DNA of 64,000 nucleotides from Spironucleus salmonicida (Eukaryota), in the NCBI RefSeq assembly GCF_000497125.1, contig NC_090596.1:744001-808000 (forward strand), read 5' to 3'. The notes under the pieces were generated by a model, which searched no databases, was not told the DNA's origin, and was given only the letters and a program-made list of their open reading frames with translations. This document shows, in pieces, positions 22,866 to 36,110 of this stretch. Positions within the stretch are counted from its first letter, which is position 1. Each line of letters begins with the position of its first letter. Both the position numbers and the translations under genes were made by a program.

Positions 22866-23387
22866 AATACTAAGATTAACTTATTATTTATTAATACGTA
22901 GGCATCAAATAATAATTATCTGTGAATAATTACTATAGTCCTAGTTTAGATCTAGATAGTGATTATCTTATGAAATTTGAACGTAATGAAACTGTTTTAA
23001 TAAATTATTTCTAATATGTAATTGAAAATGGTTAAAATATTTTTCTGTTAATTCTTTTAACTCGTGTATTCATTATCAATATATTTGCACAAGTAACTAA
23101 TTAGATATATATGAGTAATACTTAGAACATAAATAGATAAAATTTAATACCTTTTATAAGATTACCCTATTATATACACTATTTAACATCAATATGAAAC
23201 TAGTAGTCATATTATTGTCATACAAATACATTAAAAGTTCAGTCAAATTATCATATCTACTAATACAGATCAATATATAAAAGGACCAGTACAATAAGTA
23301 TCACTATATCAAATCATCCCAGCCAGGTGCGGCGATACGTGTTCGGTAGCGCTCAAGCGATCCACCTGCCTTCGCTCCTAGGCAGTC

Positions 23388-23633
23388 TCACTGGAACCCG
23401 ACGAGTACTATGTTCCGGCAGCAGGGGCAGAATATCGGTACACCTAGAGCTGTACCCGCGTGGCGGCAGGGCGCGAAGGGGTGCACGCCGAGGAAAGCCT
23501 GATACCCGGCATCGCGTTGGGCGAGGGACCGCAACAGGGTCTGGGCCTCAAAGAACGTGGGCAGTGGCAGGGGAAGTCTGGGCCGGAAGGGCGCTTGACC
23601 GAACTGGGCTGACTCGGAGTAGCGAGGCTGCAT
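23388..23633 (-). CDS. Hypothetical protein (copy of 17933-18178)
   Basis: Mirror copy in IR2. Confidence 0.5.
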   Translation of the reverse strand: MQPRYSESAQFGQAPFRPRLPLPLPTFFEAQTLLRSLAQRDAGYQAFLGVHPFAPCRHAGTALGVPIFCPCCRNIVLVGFQ

Positions 23634-23644
23634 TTTAAAAAGCT

Positions 23645-23718
23645 TGCTCCAGATGGGGATTGAACCCACGACCTTCGGTACATAAGACCAACGCGCTAAC
23701 CAACTGCGCTACAAGAGC
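23645..23718 (-). tRNA. tRNA-Ile(UAU), second copy
   Basis: Mirror of 17848-17921. Confidence 0.92.
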
Positions 23719-24278
23719 TTGCTAAATGAAACTGATTTAGGCTATGCATTAGTACAATCGAACGTATCTCCACAGCCACTAGACGACAGAGTAGGTCCAT
23801 CCATGACCATAGCCCCAGCTGAACTGTTGTTGGCTGCATATATATCTGATGGGGTTGAATCTTGTCCGCCCATACCAGCAGGAGTGCCAGCCGGGACATC
23901 TCTGGGGCTTTCTGGTCTTGTAACTCAGACCGTAGAGATATAAAGGATGTTCAACACGTTCCTAACGCTGCTCTCTCACATTGAATGTTGGCAGCAAGGA
24001 AGTACTGACGTTCTGCCCGCATCTAGATGAGCTGCACCCAACCAGAAATCATATACAGTGCAACCTGATATTATATATAAATTGGCAGGTTCGGACTGAA
24101 ACCACATGCTGGGGTAGCAGATAGCGGCAGACACATGGTCCTGGTCCGGAGGCAATGGTGACGCATCCGACAGGTTATTGCCAACACGAGGTTGCTCCTG
24201 GCTGCAATTCCGACCAAATCCCACCGAATTGATCCGAGTAAATTTTGCGGACGGGAATCAATTCCGAGCTCCTCATTA

Positions 24279-24944
24279 ATGTTCGGACTCTTCGGCAACA
24301 ACTACGACGACTCTTATGACTACCAATACGCCATTGAGCAGCAGTAGGCCCGCCAGCGCCGGGCTGAGGCCCACAGAGGCAAGCAGGCCCAGCAAGAACT
24401 GTACTAGAGACAGCAAGAGGAGCACCTGCGCAGACAGGAGCAGCAATCCGCGCGGGCCTACGAACAGCATAGGGCTCAGAGGGAACGCGAGGAGAAGGCC
24501 CGCCGCATGGCCCAGCGCGAGGAGGCTCTCCAGCACCTCTTCACTGCGCTTCCATCCCAGCCCAACCGCTTCGACCAGGGCACGATCTAAAACGGAACGG
24601 AGGCACTGACGCCCGGCGCGGCGTTTAAGACGTACGATTCCCAGAACAAGGCCACAGGGAGCCAGATGAGGGCCTGTGACGCGGCGAGCCAACAGACGCT
24701 CCGCCGCTCTGGGGATGAGTACTGCGCCACCGTACCAGCCTCCTCCCGGGCCGCAACGCGCGTGCGCGCAGATGCTTAGGGAACCCTGGAGGTAACCGCG
24801 GACGGCCGCGTTCACCGCTTCCAGCTCCCTGAGTTCGCGGACCGGAGCAGCATTCGCGCAGCGTTCGCGGACGGATGTCTCACGGTGCGCTTAGCGGTTC
24901 CGGAGGACCCCAGGGAGGATGTGTTCCTCGTGTAGGTCGAGTGA
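24279..24944 (+). CDS. Small heat-shock protein, second copy
   Basis: MFGLFGNNYDDSYDY...DGCLTVRL...LVQVE. Confidence 0.8.
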
Positions 24945-25365
24945 AAATGCTACAACTCACGCCGTCATTGCGCCCCGGTGAAGCGCACTAGGAACTATTC
25001 TTTATAGCTTTTTATTATGGATAACTTAATGACTGTTTTAAATTCTGAGAATAGTGTCGGAAAATACAATTTTAAAACAGAATCATAGATATTATAAATA
25101 TATATGAATATATATTTAAAAGAGACTAGAACAGAGATCAAAGAAATTTGTCAAAATTAGATAATTAGTGAAAATAACCTAATGTTATCAAACATAAATA
25201 ATTACATTTAAATCTTATTTGAATCGTAATCTTACTATGATAATGAAATAGTATATACGTAATTAAATTAATTGGGTCCATTTTTGAATTTTTTATAAAC
25301 TTATATAAATTTAATAACAGGATTCTTTTTAAATCCTATAATTAAAATTCAAAAGAAATATCCAT

Positions 25366-25755
25366 TCATTCATCTTCTTATTCTTCCTCTATTACTGCTT
25401 CAACTTTACCAAACTATTAACAACAATTATACATTGCGTGAAGGACACTAGTATCCTCACCAACGATTTCACTATTAAGTCCAACATGTTAAATTAAAAA
25501 ATCTCTTCTAAGTGACAGCTATGTAGTGCCAGCTTCACTCTCAAGTGCTGATGCTGTTGCGTTTAAACCTACATATCTGAAAAACTCTCCTATAACTTCC
25601 AACAATAGCTAATGCTCAGACTCAAAGGCTGGTGGTGGAATGGTACGATTTTCGGATAAAATTTACTCAGTAGATGCACGTACGGCAGCTTTTAATTACG
25701 AAAAAGTGTTTTCCTGCTTCATCTTTTTAACAACAAGATCACGTATTTCATCCAT
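25366..25755 (-). CDS. FOR20/FOPNL (CEP20)-like LisH basal-body protein, 129 aa
   Basis: MDEIRDLVVKKM...LKAAVRA...LLLEVIGEFFRYVGLNATASALESEAG...LRRDFLIQHVG matches the FOP/FOR20 TOF-LisH pattern. Confidence 0.75.
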
Positions 25756-25980
25756 TTCCTATAATTTGGAAGGAAATTATTATATTCATATAGCCATATA
25801 AGATTAGTAATATTATAGCTACTGTTACTTGCTCGTAGCAACAATAATGTGATCATAATACATCAACATACTGTAAATCGAAACTACATATCACTAGTAC
25901 TATTTTCTAGACTCTCCTATGTACCAACGCAGCAATCTTTACAAGGTTTTTCCTAGCAGATAAACTTCTGCAGCCTCCCG

Positions 25981-26235
25981 TCACGGCTTTAACACGGTAG
26001 CGAAATGACTCTCGAATACCTCAATTAACTCGCTAAAGCTCTAATCACCGAACTAGAAATTCGAAGTCTCAGTTTCAGATATTTCTGACGTTTGCTCGTA
26101 CGCAGAGAGCTGGCTGTATCTGACAAGATGCTTGCAGCGTGCAAAGTATTAGTTCTCAGTAACTTCTTTAATCGACTCCAATTTTGGGAGAGACTTGATG
26201 AGATGCGCGACATCGAAGCTAGAAATCCTATCCAT
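25981..26235 (-). CDS. Hypothetical protein, 84 aa
   Basis: Code-6 ORF MDRISSFDVAHLIK... Confidence 0.5.
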
Positions 26236-26882
26236 TTAAAGTAATTCTAATTTAATGTATACATTATTATATAATTAAATATATTTGAGTACAATTCGTA
26301 AAAGCTGTAAATGTTTCATTGTGCAAGGAATGCAAAATATGGGCATGGGAGCAAACGTTAAAATTAGCTATAGTGTGAAATTAGGCATTATATATGAAGT
26401 CATAAAAAAGATACTAGTGCTGCCGAATAGTAAACCTATATGCAACTTAATTTGAGCGTCTAAGCGTCAGATGGTTGATGTTTTAGGGCACAAGAGAATA
26501 AATTTTGGGTTTTTGTGATCATGGTTTACTAGCGAGGCTGCACAACCAAAAATCCGAATCTCGGTAGATTCGTATTCGTTTTTTTTGAAAACAATAATTA
26601 CAATAATATATGATATTTAATATTTTCACTAACCAAAATAATTATAGTTATACGAATTTTCTTATATAATAATCATTTTTGGTAAAGTGTTCTGACCTTG
26701 GAAAGAAACCGTATATTATTTATTACTTATATTATATATGTGCTAGATTGTTTACCCCACAAAATAATTTGAAAATTGTATATTATACTATATTAACACA
26801 GAATTTTACAAAAGCCAAAAATAAATCAATTCTACGACAGTATATATTGAATATTATTATATAAAAGTTTCAGATATCTAAA

Positions 26883-27158
26883 ATGGACTTGTTCACAAAA
26901 TGCTGCATACAGCTTCCGGAGATCGACGAGCACGGCGAGCAGCCAACCAGCATCCTGAACTCCAAAAGTTTCATCCGTCCGACGCAACTTTTGACCTACG
27001 AGGAAATGTCGGAAATCAGCTCCGTTTTCCGGTCCAATTTCGAGACGGTTTCCGACGCCTCAGACGACGACTCGGAGCGCCTCAGCACTGTGCTTCCAGG
27101 ACCAGCCAAGAGCCAGGAGAACGTTTTCCACATGTTTTTTACACATAGCCAGGATTGA
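26883..27158 (+). CDS. Hypothetical protein, 91 aa
   Basis: AAAATG start, TGA stop, GC3-rich. Confidence 0.6.
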   Translation: MDLFTKCCIQLPEIDEHGEQPTSILNSKSFIRPTQLLTYEEMSEISSVFRSNFETVSDASDDDSERLSTVLPGPAKSQENVFHMFFTHSQD

Positions 27159-27167
27159 ACTTGTTGA

Positions 27168-27428
27168 TCATGCGTCCCTTTCAAATTCACGTTAAACCGC
27201 CTCTGCCAATTCTACCATTTCAAGAATTTGGACGCGCAGAGAAGCACCGATTTAGAGCTAAAGTTCCAGTTTCCCGAACGCTGCGTTGAGCGTATGTCGC
27301 ATGAGGGCGATTTTACAGCATTTTGGGCGCAACCCCAGTACACCCTCGAGCTGGCCTTTTAATGTATCTGAGCGGGCACGCAGTATCATGATATCGCACT
27401 CCTCGGCTTCGCCAGTTGGCAGGGTCAT
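27168..27428 (-). CDS. Hypothetical protein, 86 aa
   Basis: Code-6 ORF MTLPTGEAEEC...FERDA. Confidence 0.45.
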
Positions 27429-27776
27429 TTTGATTCAGTTGGGTTCGTAGGGGATGGAGATTTTTCTGTATTTTATTAATATTATATTATATTAGAGATA
27501 ATCGAAATTTTCGACAAATTAGGGTCATCAAGAGCGTCGTCGAGAAGGGATCCGCCGGTCGCTGATGGATCCCAGCTCAGCTAGCTACGGGGGTCACCAG
27601 ATGAGTGAGATTTTAGCGATAGCGGACGAATCGATATTAGGGATTGCGTCAGATTTTGGTTTGTGCAAATCCCCATTTCAGAGTAGAAAAATAATATATC
27701 AAGCGCGCCGATAAATCACAATATCAAATATAATATTTAAGGTATAATAAATATAATTGTATATAATTAATTTTAA

Positions 27777-29018
27777 ATGTCAAACGAAGAGGATATTCCT
27801 TTGTACATTGACGAACCATCTAGGCACTCTGAGCTCACGTTGTCTTTGCTACCAGATCCTGCAAAGTAAACACCGTTGACTTGCATTTTCAACTTCGTTA
27901 ATTCTACATTAGGCAGCGGTGTTCTAACATTACCATATGTTTTTTTCCTATTAGGATATATTCTAGCTCCCATTGTGTCCATTTGTTTTTCCTTATTAGC
28001 TTTAGCGTCTTTTTACATGCTTGCTTCTGCAGCAAAGTATACCAATCGCTATCAGTACTCAACAATATGTGACAAGCTTTTTAAAACAAAATTTGCAGGT
28101 ATTGTATGCAGTTTATTGCAAATAATTTTTATCTAAGGCGCATTGATAAGTTATATTGTTGTTATTAAAGACAATATGTGGTTTTTTACTCCAGAACAAA
28201 AATTGTACAGAGATTTAACGGTTAGTGGATTAATTCTATTTATTGTACTTCCATTAACATTTCTTCGCACATTAAACAAGCTTAAATTCACGTCGTACTT
28301 AATCATTTTTGTTTTCATCTATATTATAGCAGCACTAATTATTTTTAACGTATAAAATGATACACCTGGCTAAGTTGTTGCGTTTAATGTAAATTTTAGT
28401 TCATTAACCGCGATTTCATTATCTATTCATTCTTATTCATCATAATATAATTTTATCAACCTCTTTTACGAATTAAAACAAAGAGAAAAAAATATTCACA
28501 AGGTGATTATTACTAATCAAATAATAGTTACTTCTATTTACTTGACTGTAGGATTTTTAGGATATTTTTGTTATAAAAATTAAGTAAAGCCTGATATTCT
28601 AAGCAATTTTTAAGGCTCAGTTCTTGCCAAAATTGCGAATTTTTCTATGATATTTTTCATGATTATACATTATCCACTTCCAGTTTATGGGATGCGTAAA
28701 GCTGTTGAATCATTTATAGTTAAGAAAAATAGGGAAGCAAGCAATTTCTTCAGAATTTTAATTGCAACTCTAATTGTTAGCATAAGTTTAGTAATAGGAA
28801 TTTTTGTTAACTCTATCGATAATATTATTGATTTTTCTAGTACTATTGCAGGTGGGGGTTTAGGATTTATTTACCCTCCATTGTTATTAGCTATAATTTG
28901 TAAAAGAGAGTAGCGTACTAAGCTTTTTGTTGGTTGTATCATATAACTAATAATAGGAATAAGTCTTGTTCTGACTGGGTTTGTTAGCGTATGTTTCAAA
29001 TGGTTTGGAAGTTAATGA
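27777..29018 (+). CDS. Amino-acid transporter (Aa_trans/SLC38-like), 413 aa
   Basis: FNFVNSTLGSGVLTLPY, ISYIVVIKDN, LKFTSYL, GFLGY, GFIYPPL; about 11 hydrophobic segments. Confidence 0.9.
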
Positions 29019-29351
29019 ATTCATTTTACAATTGTATACAAACTGTTAATTCTGTAAAAATATTGATATTGATATTATATATAAAATTTAATACAATTGT
29101 TTCAATTTTACAAGTAAATTAATTGGGTTATGTTTTAATATTAAATAATAGAAAAATAGTTTTATAATTGTTATATAATATATTTAAAGCTCGTTAATTT
29201 AACATCGTAGATGAAATTTTTAAATTTTTACTGTCTGATAGTATTAGTTAGAATTAATTTTTATAAAAACTAATCTTTCATAATCTTTTGAAACTGGTCG
29301 TACAATTTTAAAGATTTTATGTTGAACTAGATAATATATATATTACCAATT

Positions 29352-29810
29352 ATGCCCGATCCTTTTATTTATAAAATGGAAACTTGCGTCTCTTTCTAAG
29401 AACCTTTCCCAAAGCTTAACTTTATTATATTCGAAGATAGATCCTTCAAATAAAGATAATAAATGTAAGCATCTACTTATCCTATCAAAAAATTCTGGTC
29501 AAATGAAGAAAATTAAATTCTATCTGATTTAATAGAATCATATGGATATAAACCAACAAAAATATCATAATTCATTAAAACAAGAGATGTTAAATAAGTC
29601 ATTTCACATATTTAAAAAATAAATCATAGATTAGATTCTAAAAATATAGCTGATTTTTAAGAAAAAGGAGTTTAACAAAATGAGCTTATCTAAAATATTT
29701 ATTCAATGCTTTATCAATCAGGATATGGAGCGGGTGTTCTCGCACATTATATCAGCCACAGGTATAAAATTAACTTTGACCTTGTTTTATAAGTTTGCAA
29801 GCAGAATTGA
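29352..29810 (+). CDS. Single Myb/SANT-domain protein (SHAQK-like); start may be 29376
   Basis: KFWSNEENQILSDLIESYGYKPTKISQFIKTRDVKQVISHIQK. Confidence 0.8.
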
Positions 29811-29904
29811 GCCTTTAGAGGAATTAGAGTGATATTATTTGAATAATATATTATAAATATAATTCTGTTGTAAAAATGTTTACAAACATTTACATACGTT
29901 TAAA

Positions 29905-32900
29905 ATGCTGAAAAATATAAATTAACGTTTAACCAAAAAAAAATCCTGTATTTTAATTTGGATTATCGTAAGTTTAATATTATTAACAGGGTTAATAGTG
30001 TCTTTAATATTTATATTTACTAATATTTTTAAGCGCTAAGATAATACTAAGTACTTTGAAGACTATAAATGGAGTTAGAAAAAATTAATTGTTTCTTAGA
30101 ATGTAAGAACTTCATTTTCTTACTAAGATAATATTTTTTCTAATCATAACTACGCGTTCGACCGCCTGGTGGAGTTCAGCCTGTTTCACGGCTTCACCGA
30201 GGTAACTCTGTTCGCCGGCAGCGTCGAGTGGGAGTCCCTGGACTTCGACCGGGGTAGACTGCCGCACGAGGAGGATGTCCTGTACGCACTAAGGAAACTG
30301 CGTGCAAAGGGTATCAAGGCGAGCCTGGCGTTTTACATCAATGATGACATCAACAATATGACCAGCTGGCAGTACTCCGGGAAGATAGCCGCGATCGCCA
30401 AGCGCATTAATTCTGCTGACACCCCGATCAGCATGATCCACTTTGACCAGGAGCCAGACCAGGCGGAGTCTTACTCGGCCCTGGTCCAGATGCTCAAACT
30501 GGCGAACGACATATTCCCCACTGGCACTGCCGTCAAGCCTGCCTGGTTGCGTACACCGCTAAGTGGTATTTCGTTCCCCGCCGACATTCAGGCGATCATC
30601 GCAGACGAGTCCCAGGTAGCGACGCTCGCTGACCTGATCAACCGCCTCACCACCAACTCTCAGGTGATGGCCTACTCCAATACCTGGGACGACGTGTAGG
30701 CCCTCGCGGAATTGATGAAGCAGAGCGCTGCGAAATTCGGAAAGTCGTCCACGCCCATCCTAGAGACCAGCTTCGGCGGAAACTTGCCAGACACCGAGAC
30801 CCTGTACCAGCAGGTCCAGGGTAACCAAACTAAATGGTACCGCGACGTGACTGCCTTCGCCGCCAAGCACCGGTCGGTCGTGATCCACGACTACCGCCAC
30901 TACTATTCAAACTTCCTCTGCTCCGAGCCAGTGATCTGGAAGGGTGTTTCTCAGACCCGCAACTGCGCCGCCCCGGTCATCCCCAACAGCCAGGCGCCCG
31001 ACATTGAGTACGATTTTACCATACCTGGGGACGGTGGTGAGCCGGAACCCGAAGTCGTGCCCACCTTTATTGCGTATCAGGATGCGTAGAAGGGTCTTTA
31101 CGCCTGGGACCACGCTAAGGAGCGTATAGACGGCAAGCCTGCCTGGGAAATGCTGCTCCGGAACCATAACTACGCGTTCGACCGCCTGGTGGAGTTCAGC
31201 CTGTTTCACGGCTTCACCGAGGTAACTCTGTTCGCCGGCAGCGTCGAGTGGGAGTCCCTGGACTTCGACCGGGGTAGACTGCCGCACGAGGAGGATGTCC
31301 TGTACGCACTAAGGAAACTGCGTGCAAAGGGTATCAAGGCGAGCCTGGCGTTTTACATCAATGATGACATCAACAATATGACCAGCTGGCAGTACTCCGG
31401 GAAGATAGCCGCGATCGCCAAGCGCATTAATTCTGCTGACACCCCGATCAGCATGATCCACTTTGACCAGGAGCCAGACCAGGCGGAGTCTTACTCGGCC
31501 CTGGTCCAGATGCTCAAACTGGCGAACGACATATTCCCCACTGGCACTGCCGTCAAGCCTGCCTGGTTGCGTACACCGCTAAGTGGTATTTCGTTCCCCG
31601 CCGACATTCAGGCGATCATCGCAGACGAGTCCCAGGTAGCGACGCTCGCTGACCTGATCAACCGCCTCACCACCAACTCTCAGGTGATGGCCTACTCCAA
31701 TACCTGGGACGACGTGTAGGCCCTCGCGGAATTGATGAAGCAGAGCGCTGCGAAATTCGGAAAGTCGTCCACGCCCATCCTAGAGACCAGCTTCGGCGGA
31801 AACTTGCCAGACACCGAGACCCTGTACCAGCAGGTCCAGGGTAACCAAACTAAATGGTACCGCGACGTGACTGCCTTCGCCGCCAAGCACCGGTCGGTCG
31901 TGATCCACGACTACCGCCACTACTATTCAAACTTCCTCTGCTCCGAGCCAGTGATCTGGAAGGGTGTTTCTCAGACCCGCAACTGCGCCGCCCCGGTCAT
32001 CCCCAACAGCCAGGCGCCCGACATTGAGTACGATTTTACCATACCTGGGGACGGTGGTGAGCCGGAACCCGAAGTCGTGCCCACCTTTATTGCGTATCAG
32101 GATGCGTAGAAGGGTCTTTACGCCTGGGACCACGCTAAGGAGCGTATAGACGGCAAGCCTGCCTGGGAAATGCTGCTCCGGAACCATAACTACGCGTTCG
32201 ACCGCCTGGTGGAGTTCAGCCTGTTTCACGGCTTCACCGAGGTAACTCTGTTCGCCGGCAGCGTCGAGTGGGAGTCCCTGGACTTCGACCGGGGTAGACT
32301 GCCGCACGAGGAGGATGTCCTGTACGCACTAAGGAAACTGCGTGCAAAGGGTATCAAGGCGAGCCTGGCGTTTTACATCAATGATGACATCAACAATATG
32401 ACCAGCTGGCAGTACTCCGGGAAGATAGCCGCGATCGCCAAGCGCATTAATTCTGCTGACACCCCGATCAGCATGATCCACTTTGACCAGGAGCCAGACC
32501 AGGCGGAGTCTTACTCGGCCCTGGTCCAGATGCTCAAACTGGCGAACGACATATTCCCCACTGGCACTGCCGTCAAGCCTGCCTGGTTGCGTACACCGCT
32601 AAGTGGTATTTCGTTCCCCGCCGACATTCAGGCGATCATCGCAGACGAGTCCCAGGTAGCGACGCTCGCTGACCTGATCAACCGCCTCACCACCAACTCT
32701 CAGGTGATGGCCTACTCCAATACCTGGGACGACGTGTAGGCCCTCGCGGAATTGATGAAGCAGAGCGCTGCGAAATTCGGAAAGTCGTCCACGCCCATCC
32801 TAGAGACCAGCTTCGGCGGAAACTTGCCAGACACCGAGACCCTGTACCAGCAGGTCCAGGGTAACCAAACTAAATGGTACCGCGACGTGACTGCCTTCGC

Positions 32901-33063
32901 CGCCAAGCACCGGTCGGTCGTGATCCACGACTACCGCCACTACTATTCAAACTTCCTCTGCTCCGAGCCAGTGATCTGGAAGGGTGTTTCTCAGACCCGC
33001 AACTGCGCCGCCCCGGTCATCCCCAACAGCCAGGCGCCCGACATTGAGTATGATGGGCTATGA
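29905..33063 (+). CDS. Type II membrane protein, 1052 aa, with ~2.85 identical 340-aa TIM-barrel/GH18-like repeats
   Basis: Single code-6 frame. N-terminal TM segment CILIWIIVSLILLTGLIVSLIFIF; each repeat has MIHFDQEP and VMAY motifs and a P/E/G linker. Confidence 0.8.
30145..33050. repeat. Tandem repeat, 1020-bp unit, 2.85 copies
   Basis: Sequence lines recur unchanged at +1020 and +2040. Confidence 0.97.
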
Positions 33064-33120
33064 ACTGACTGATTTAAGTTAAATACTTTTATGAATATAA
33101 TTTTTAATTATTCACTACTA

Positions 33121-33360
33121 TCATAGAATGATATCCCATGAATCAGAGATCTACTGTTCTCCATGGAAAATTAACGGTTTGCTTAATGGATGCAGTTCTA
33201 TTTAGTTATTTTGAACGTTATCACCAATATGCTAAAAATTTGGCGAAGAATAGCATTGTAATTTATGGACATAATTAGAACAGTCAGATGCTTCTGATTC
33301 AGAGATAGTCAGTTGACATTAGGAATTGGCGAGTTAAATTTCTTCTGTTTAAGTTTTCAT
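33121..33360 (-). CDS. Small hypothetical protein, 79 aa; paralog of 33834-34067
   Basis: MKTQTEEIQ...ISESEASDCSNYVHKL...DSWDIIL. Confidence 0.65.
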
Positions 33361-33833
33361 TAAACTAATGAAGTGTAAAGTAATACTGATATTTATTATT
33401 ATAATTTACTAAAAATTAAAAATAGTAAGTTATGCTGCTATATATTAAATACTATTAATATAATTATTAGTAGATTAAAACTATATACTTTTATAATAAT
33501 AAAATATTTCAAACTAGATTTTAATTTAACCTAACAAGTATAATTTTTTCTAATATATATTAATAACTCTATCGTAGTAATATTTCTATAGTCTTAAACA
33601 ACTGATATATATTAAGAATATATTTATTATATTTTGAGTCAATAAGTTAATAATTACTGGCTCCTAGTTACATGAATTATTGTTTATTATTTTCATAATT
33701 TAACATGTAAATATACATATTTTCCGTTTCTTAGATCTTAAATATTTAAAGATGCAGTTTACAAAAATAGTTTACATAAATTACCATACTAAAATAATTA
33801 TATAAGGTTAATATATGCTGCTAGAATCACTAA

Positions 33834-34067
33834 TCAAAAATCTATCTCCCATGAATCGGTGTATATTTCATTTAATGTAAATTATGCATTCAGTTATTTT
33901 TAATGCATATTATTTAGCTCTACTTTTCGGTCAATTAGGTAAAAATTTCCCAGTGATAGATTCCTTAATTTCTTCACATAATTCGAAAAATCTGATGCCT
34001 CTGAGTCTGAAATGTAAAGTTCAGGTTAAATAGTAGCCTACTATATCTCCTCATTCTGTTCCTCCAT
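33834..34067 (-). CDS. Small hypothetical protein, 77 aa
   Basis: MEEQNEEIQ...ISDSEASDFSNYVKKL...DSWEIDF. Confidence 0.65.
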
Positions 34068-35028
34068 TAACTAAAAATAACAATTTCTTATTTATATAAT
34101 ATATAAATAAGTATAATCCATAAATTACTTTTCATCCTATTTATCATTATTATCTCTTTTATTATCTATAATGTAGATTAAACTTATGCTTGTCGCTGTA
34201 TACCTAAAATTCACTTTATGATTGCCAAAACTATGGAATAATAATATAATGGCTCTTCACTGCTAAAAACAGTTTTTACACTAAAAAGCATCATTTTTAC
34301 AGAAAATACCAAATTTCCAAAATCATAAATTGTAGTCAAGCCCCGTTTGCCGAGCATGTAATTCTGTCATATTCCGTAAGGCAAAGTGTCCAAATCCGAA
34401 ACTTTCAAACTCCGTCACTGGCTGCCTACGGGCCCCGTGCCTACAACTTCCGCAGGCTGCGTGGTGCGTTGTTGTGAAAGTCGTACTCCTGGTACTGCCA
34501 CCGCACGACGGCAGCGGGCTTGAAGGTTGAATATTCCGTTCCCATTTTTGGAAATCCTACTTTCGAGATATTATCGTGTATGTGCAGAGTACAATTTTTA
34601 CTGAAAACTAGCGGCACAGTAGGAGTACATTAAAATGGGTTAGGGACAATAGGAAAATTAATAATTCTGTTCTGTAGATAAAAGTTTAGATAGTTGGAGC
34701 GTGACGGTAATAAGTTATCTGCGCTGTTCCAGGATGTAGAATCTGTAGAAAAAACTATCCGTAGAACGGCTGTAAATATTGTTTTCAAAATTGTACAGGT
34801 GCCGCAAATTTTATCGCTAGGACAATATAAAGTGATGATGAATCTTGAATTGCTGGATGGTGAGGGTTTGCAAAGTGGAAAACGCGTAAACCGTAACTTT
34901 CGCGAATAGTTTTGTGTAAAAAGTTGGATTAATCACTAGTTATTTGTATATGGTTAACTACAATTTATGATTAAGTAAATTTGAAAGATTGATAATAGTA
35001 TATAATAATAATTACCGATAAAATATTA

Positions 35029-35286
35029 ATGCAACCTAGTTTTCAGTACTTATTTTTGGCACCCACATCCCTAACTGATATGCACAATCAGACCCCTGCT
35101 ACTATTTTCAAGCGATTCGGTAACTCCTGCCGCGATTATTTTTAGTTTGAGCAATGCCACAAGTATACAACGGCAGCCTAAAATGCGAAAAAGGTTTCCA
35201 CCGAAGACGATGATTATGTATTCATCGAGGCAGTTAGAAGGAAAGTTTAAGCTCCATAACGCAGAAAATGGCGATATTTGCAGTGA
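35029..35286 (+). CDS. Hypothetical protein, 85 aa
   Basis: Code-6 ORF with AGTGA stop. Confidence 0.45.
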
Positions 35287-35351
35287 TTATACAATTTCTT
35301 TACAATCCATCATATATATTATCTTAGAATACAAATTTATTCTACTAAAAA

Positions 35352-36110
35352 ATGATCCCGAGCATCAAACTGACTAATATCCAGTATTAACTCAAGCTAG
35401 ATATTTCGCCTATCAACTTATCACGTTCATATAATTCAGCGCGCCCGAATCTCGTAAATCACTTGTATACACCCCAAACATCTAGAATTAATGAGGACGT
35501 ATTTGCGTCGCCATAGCTGTTTAACGCATCGTTACAGTTCAAATCTTCGTAAATTCAGCGTATTGATAACAAAATTTCACAATTCTCTGACCACATATTA
35601 ACTTCTAGAGTATTAAGAAAACGAACAATTGATTTGCAGACATCTACTGGTCGTAAGGCTGATTTCTAATACAAAAACATTTTTACGTCAGACTATGCAA
35701 TTATGAGTGCAATACTAGCAGGTGATAAATCTGGCCTCATAGCAAAAATATACTGGTACTTCCCTGAGCTGAAGACAAAAATGAAGACATTTCCAAGAGA
35801 AATGTTCCTTCGATAGCTCATTTAATTACCGTTTAACGCTAAAAATACATCTATAATCACCCAGCCAAAAAACATCCTCAACAAACTCACATAAACCAAG
35901 TTTAAATAAATTCGGAGTCAGTACGCCGCTATTATCGGAAAGGACGGGGAGCGATTTTTTAACTATGTTCTATTCATCAAGGCCTAGAATAACGAATTCC
36001 AGCCGTAACTCATCCATGTGAACCAGGACTCGTTCATTGAAAAGTTTATTGAAAATACAAACAGATCAATCATGATGAAAAAGTTAGAATTTCGAGTATA
36101 AAAGAAGTGA
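35352..36110 (+). CDS. Hypothetical protein, 252 aa
   Basis: Long code-6 ORF, AAAAATG start, AGTGA stop. Confidence 0.7.

Larger units (their letters stand above)
23312..24988. repeat. IR2 right arm
   Basis: Reverse complement of 16578-18254. Confidence 0.96.

Noticed and set aside
30145-33050. CRISPR-like array or three separate gene pairs
   Set aside because: Units are identical with no spacers, and the TAG codons read as Gln, giving one ORF.
34170-34985. Several competing short ORFs
   Set aside because: No frame could be preferred from the sequence alone.
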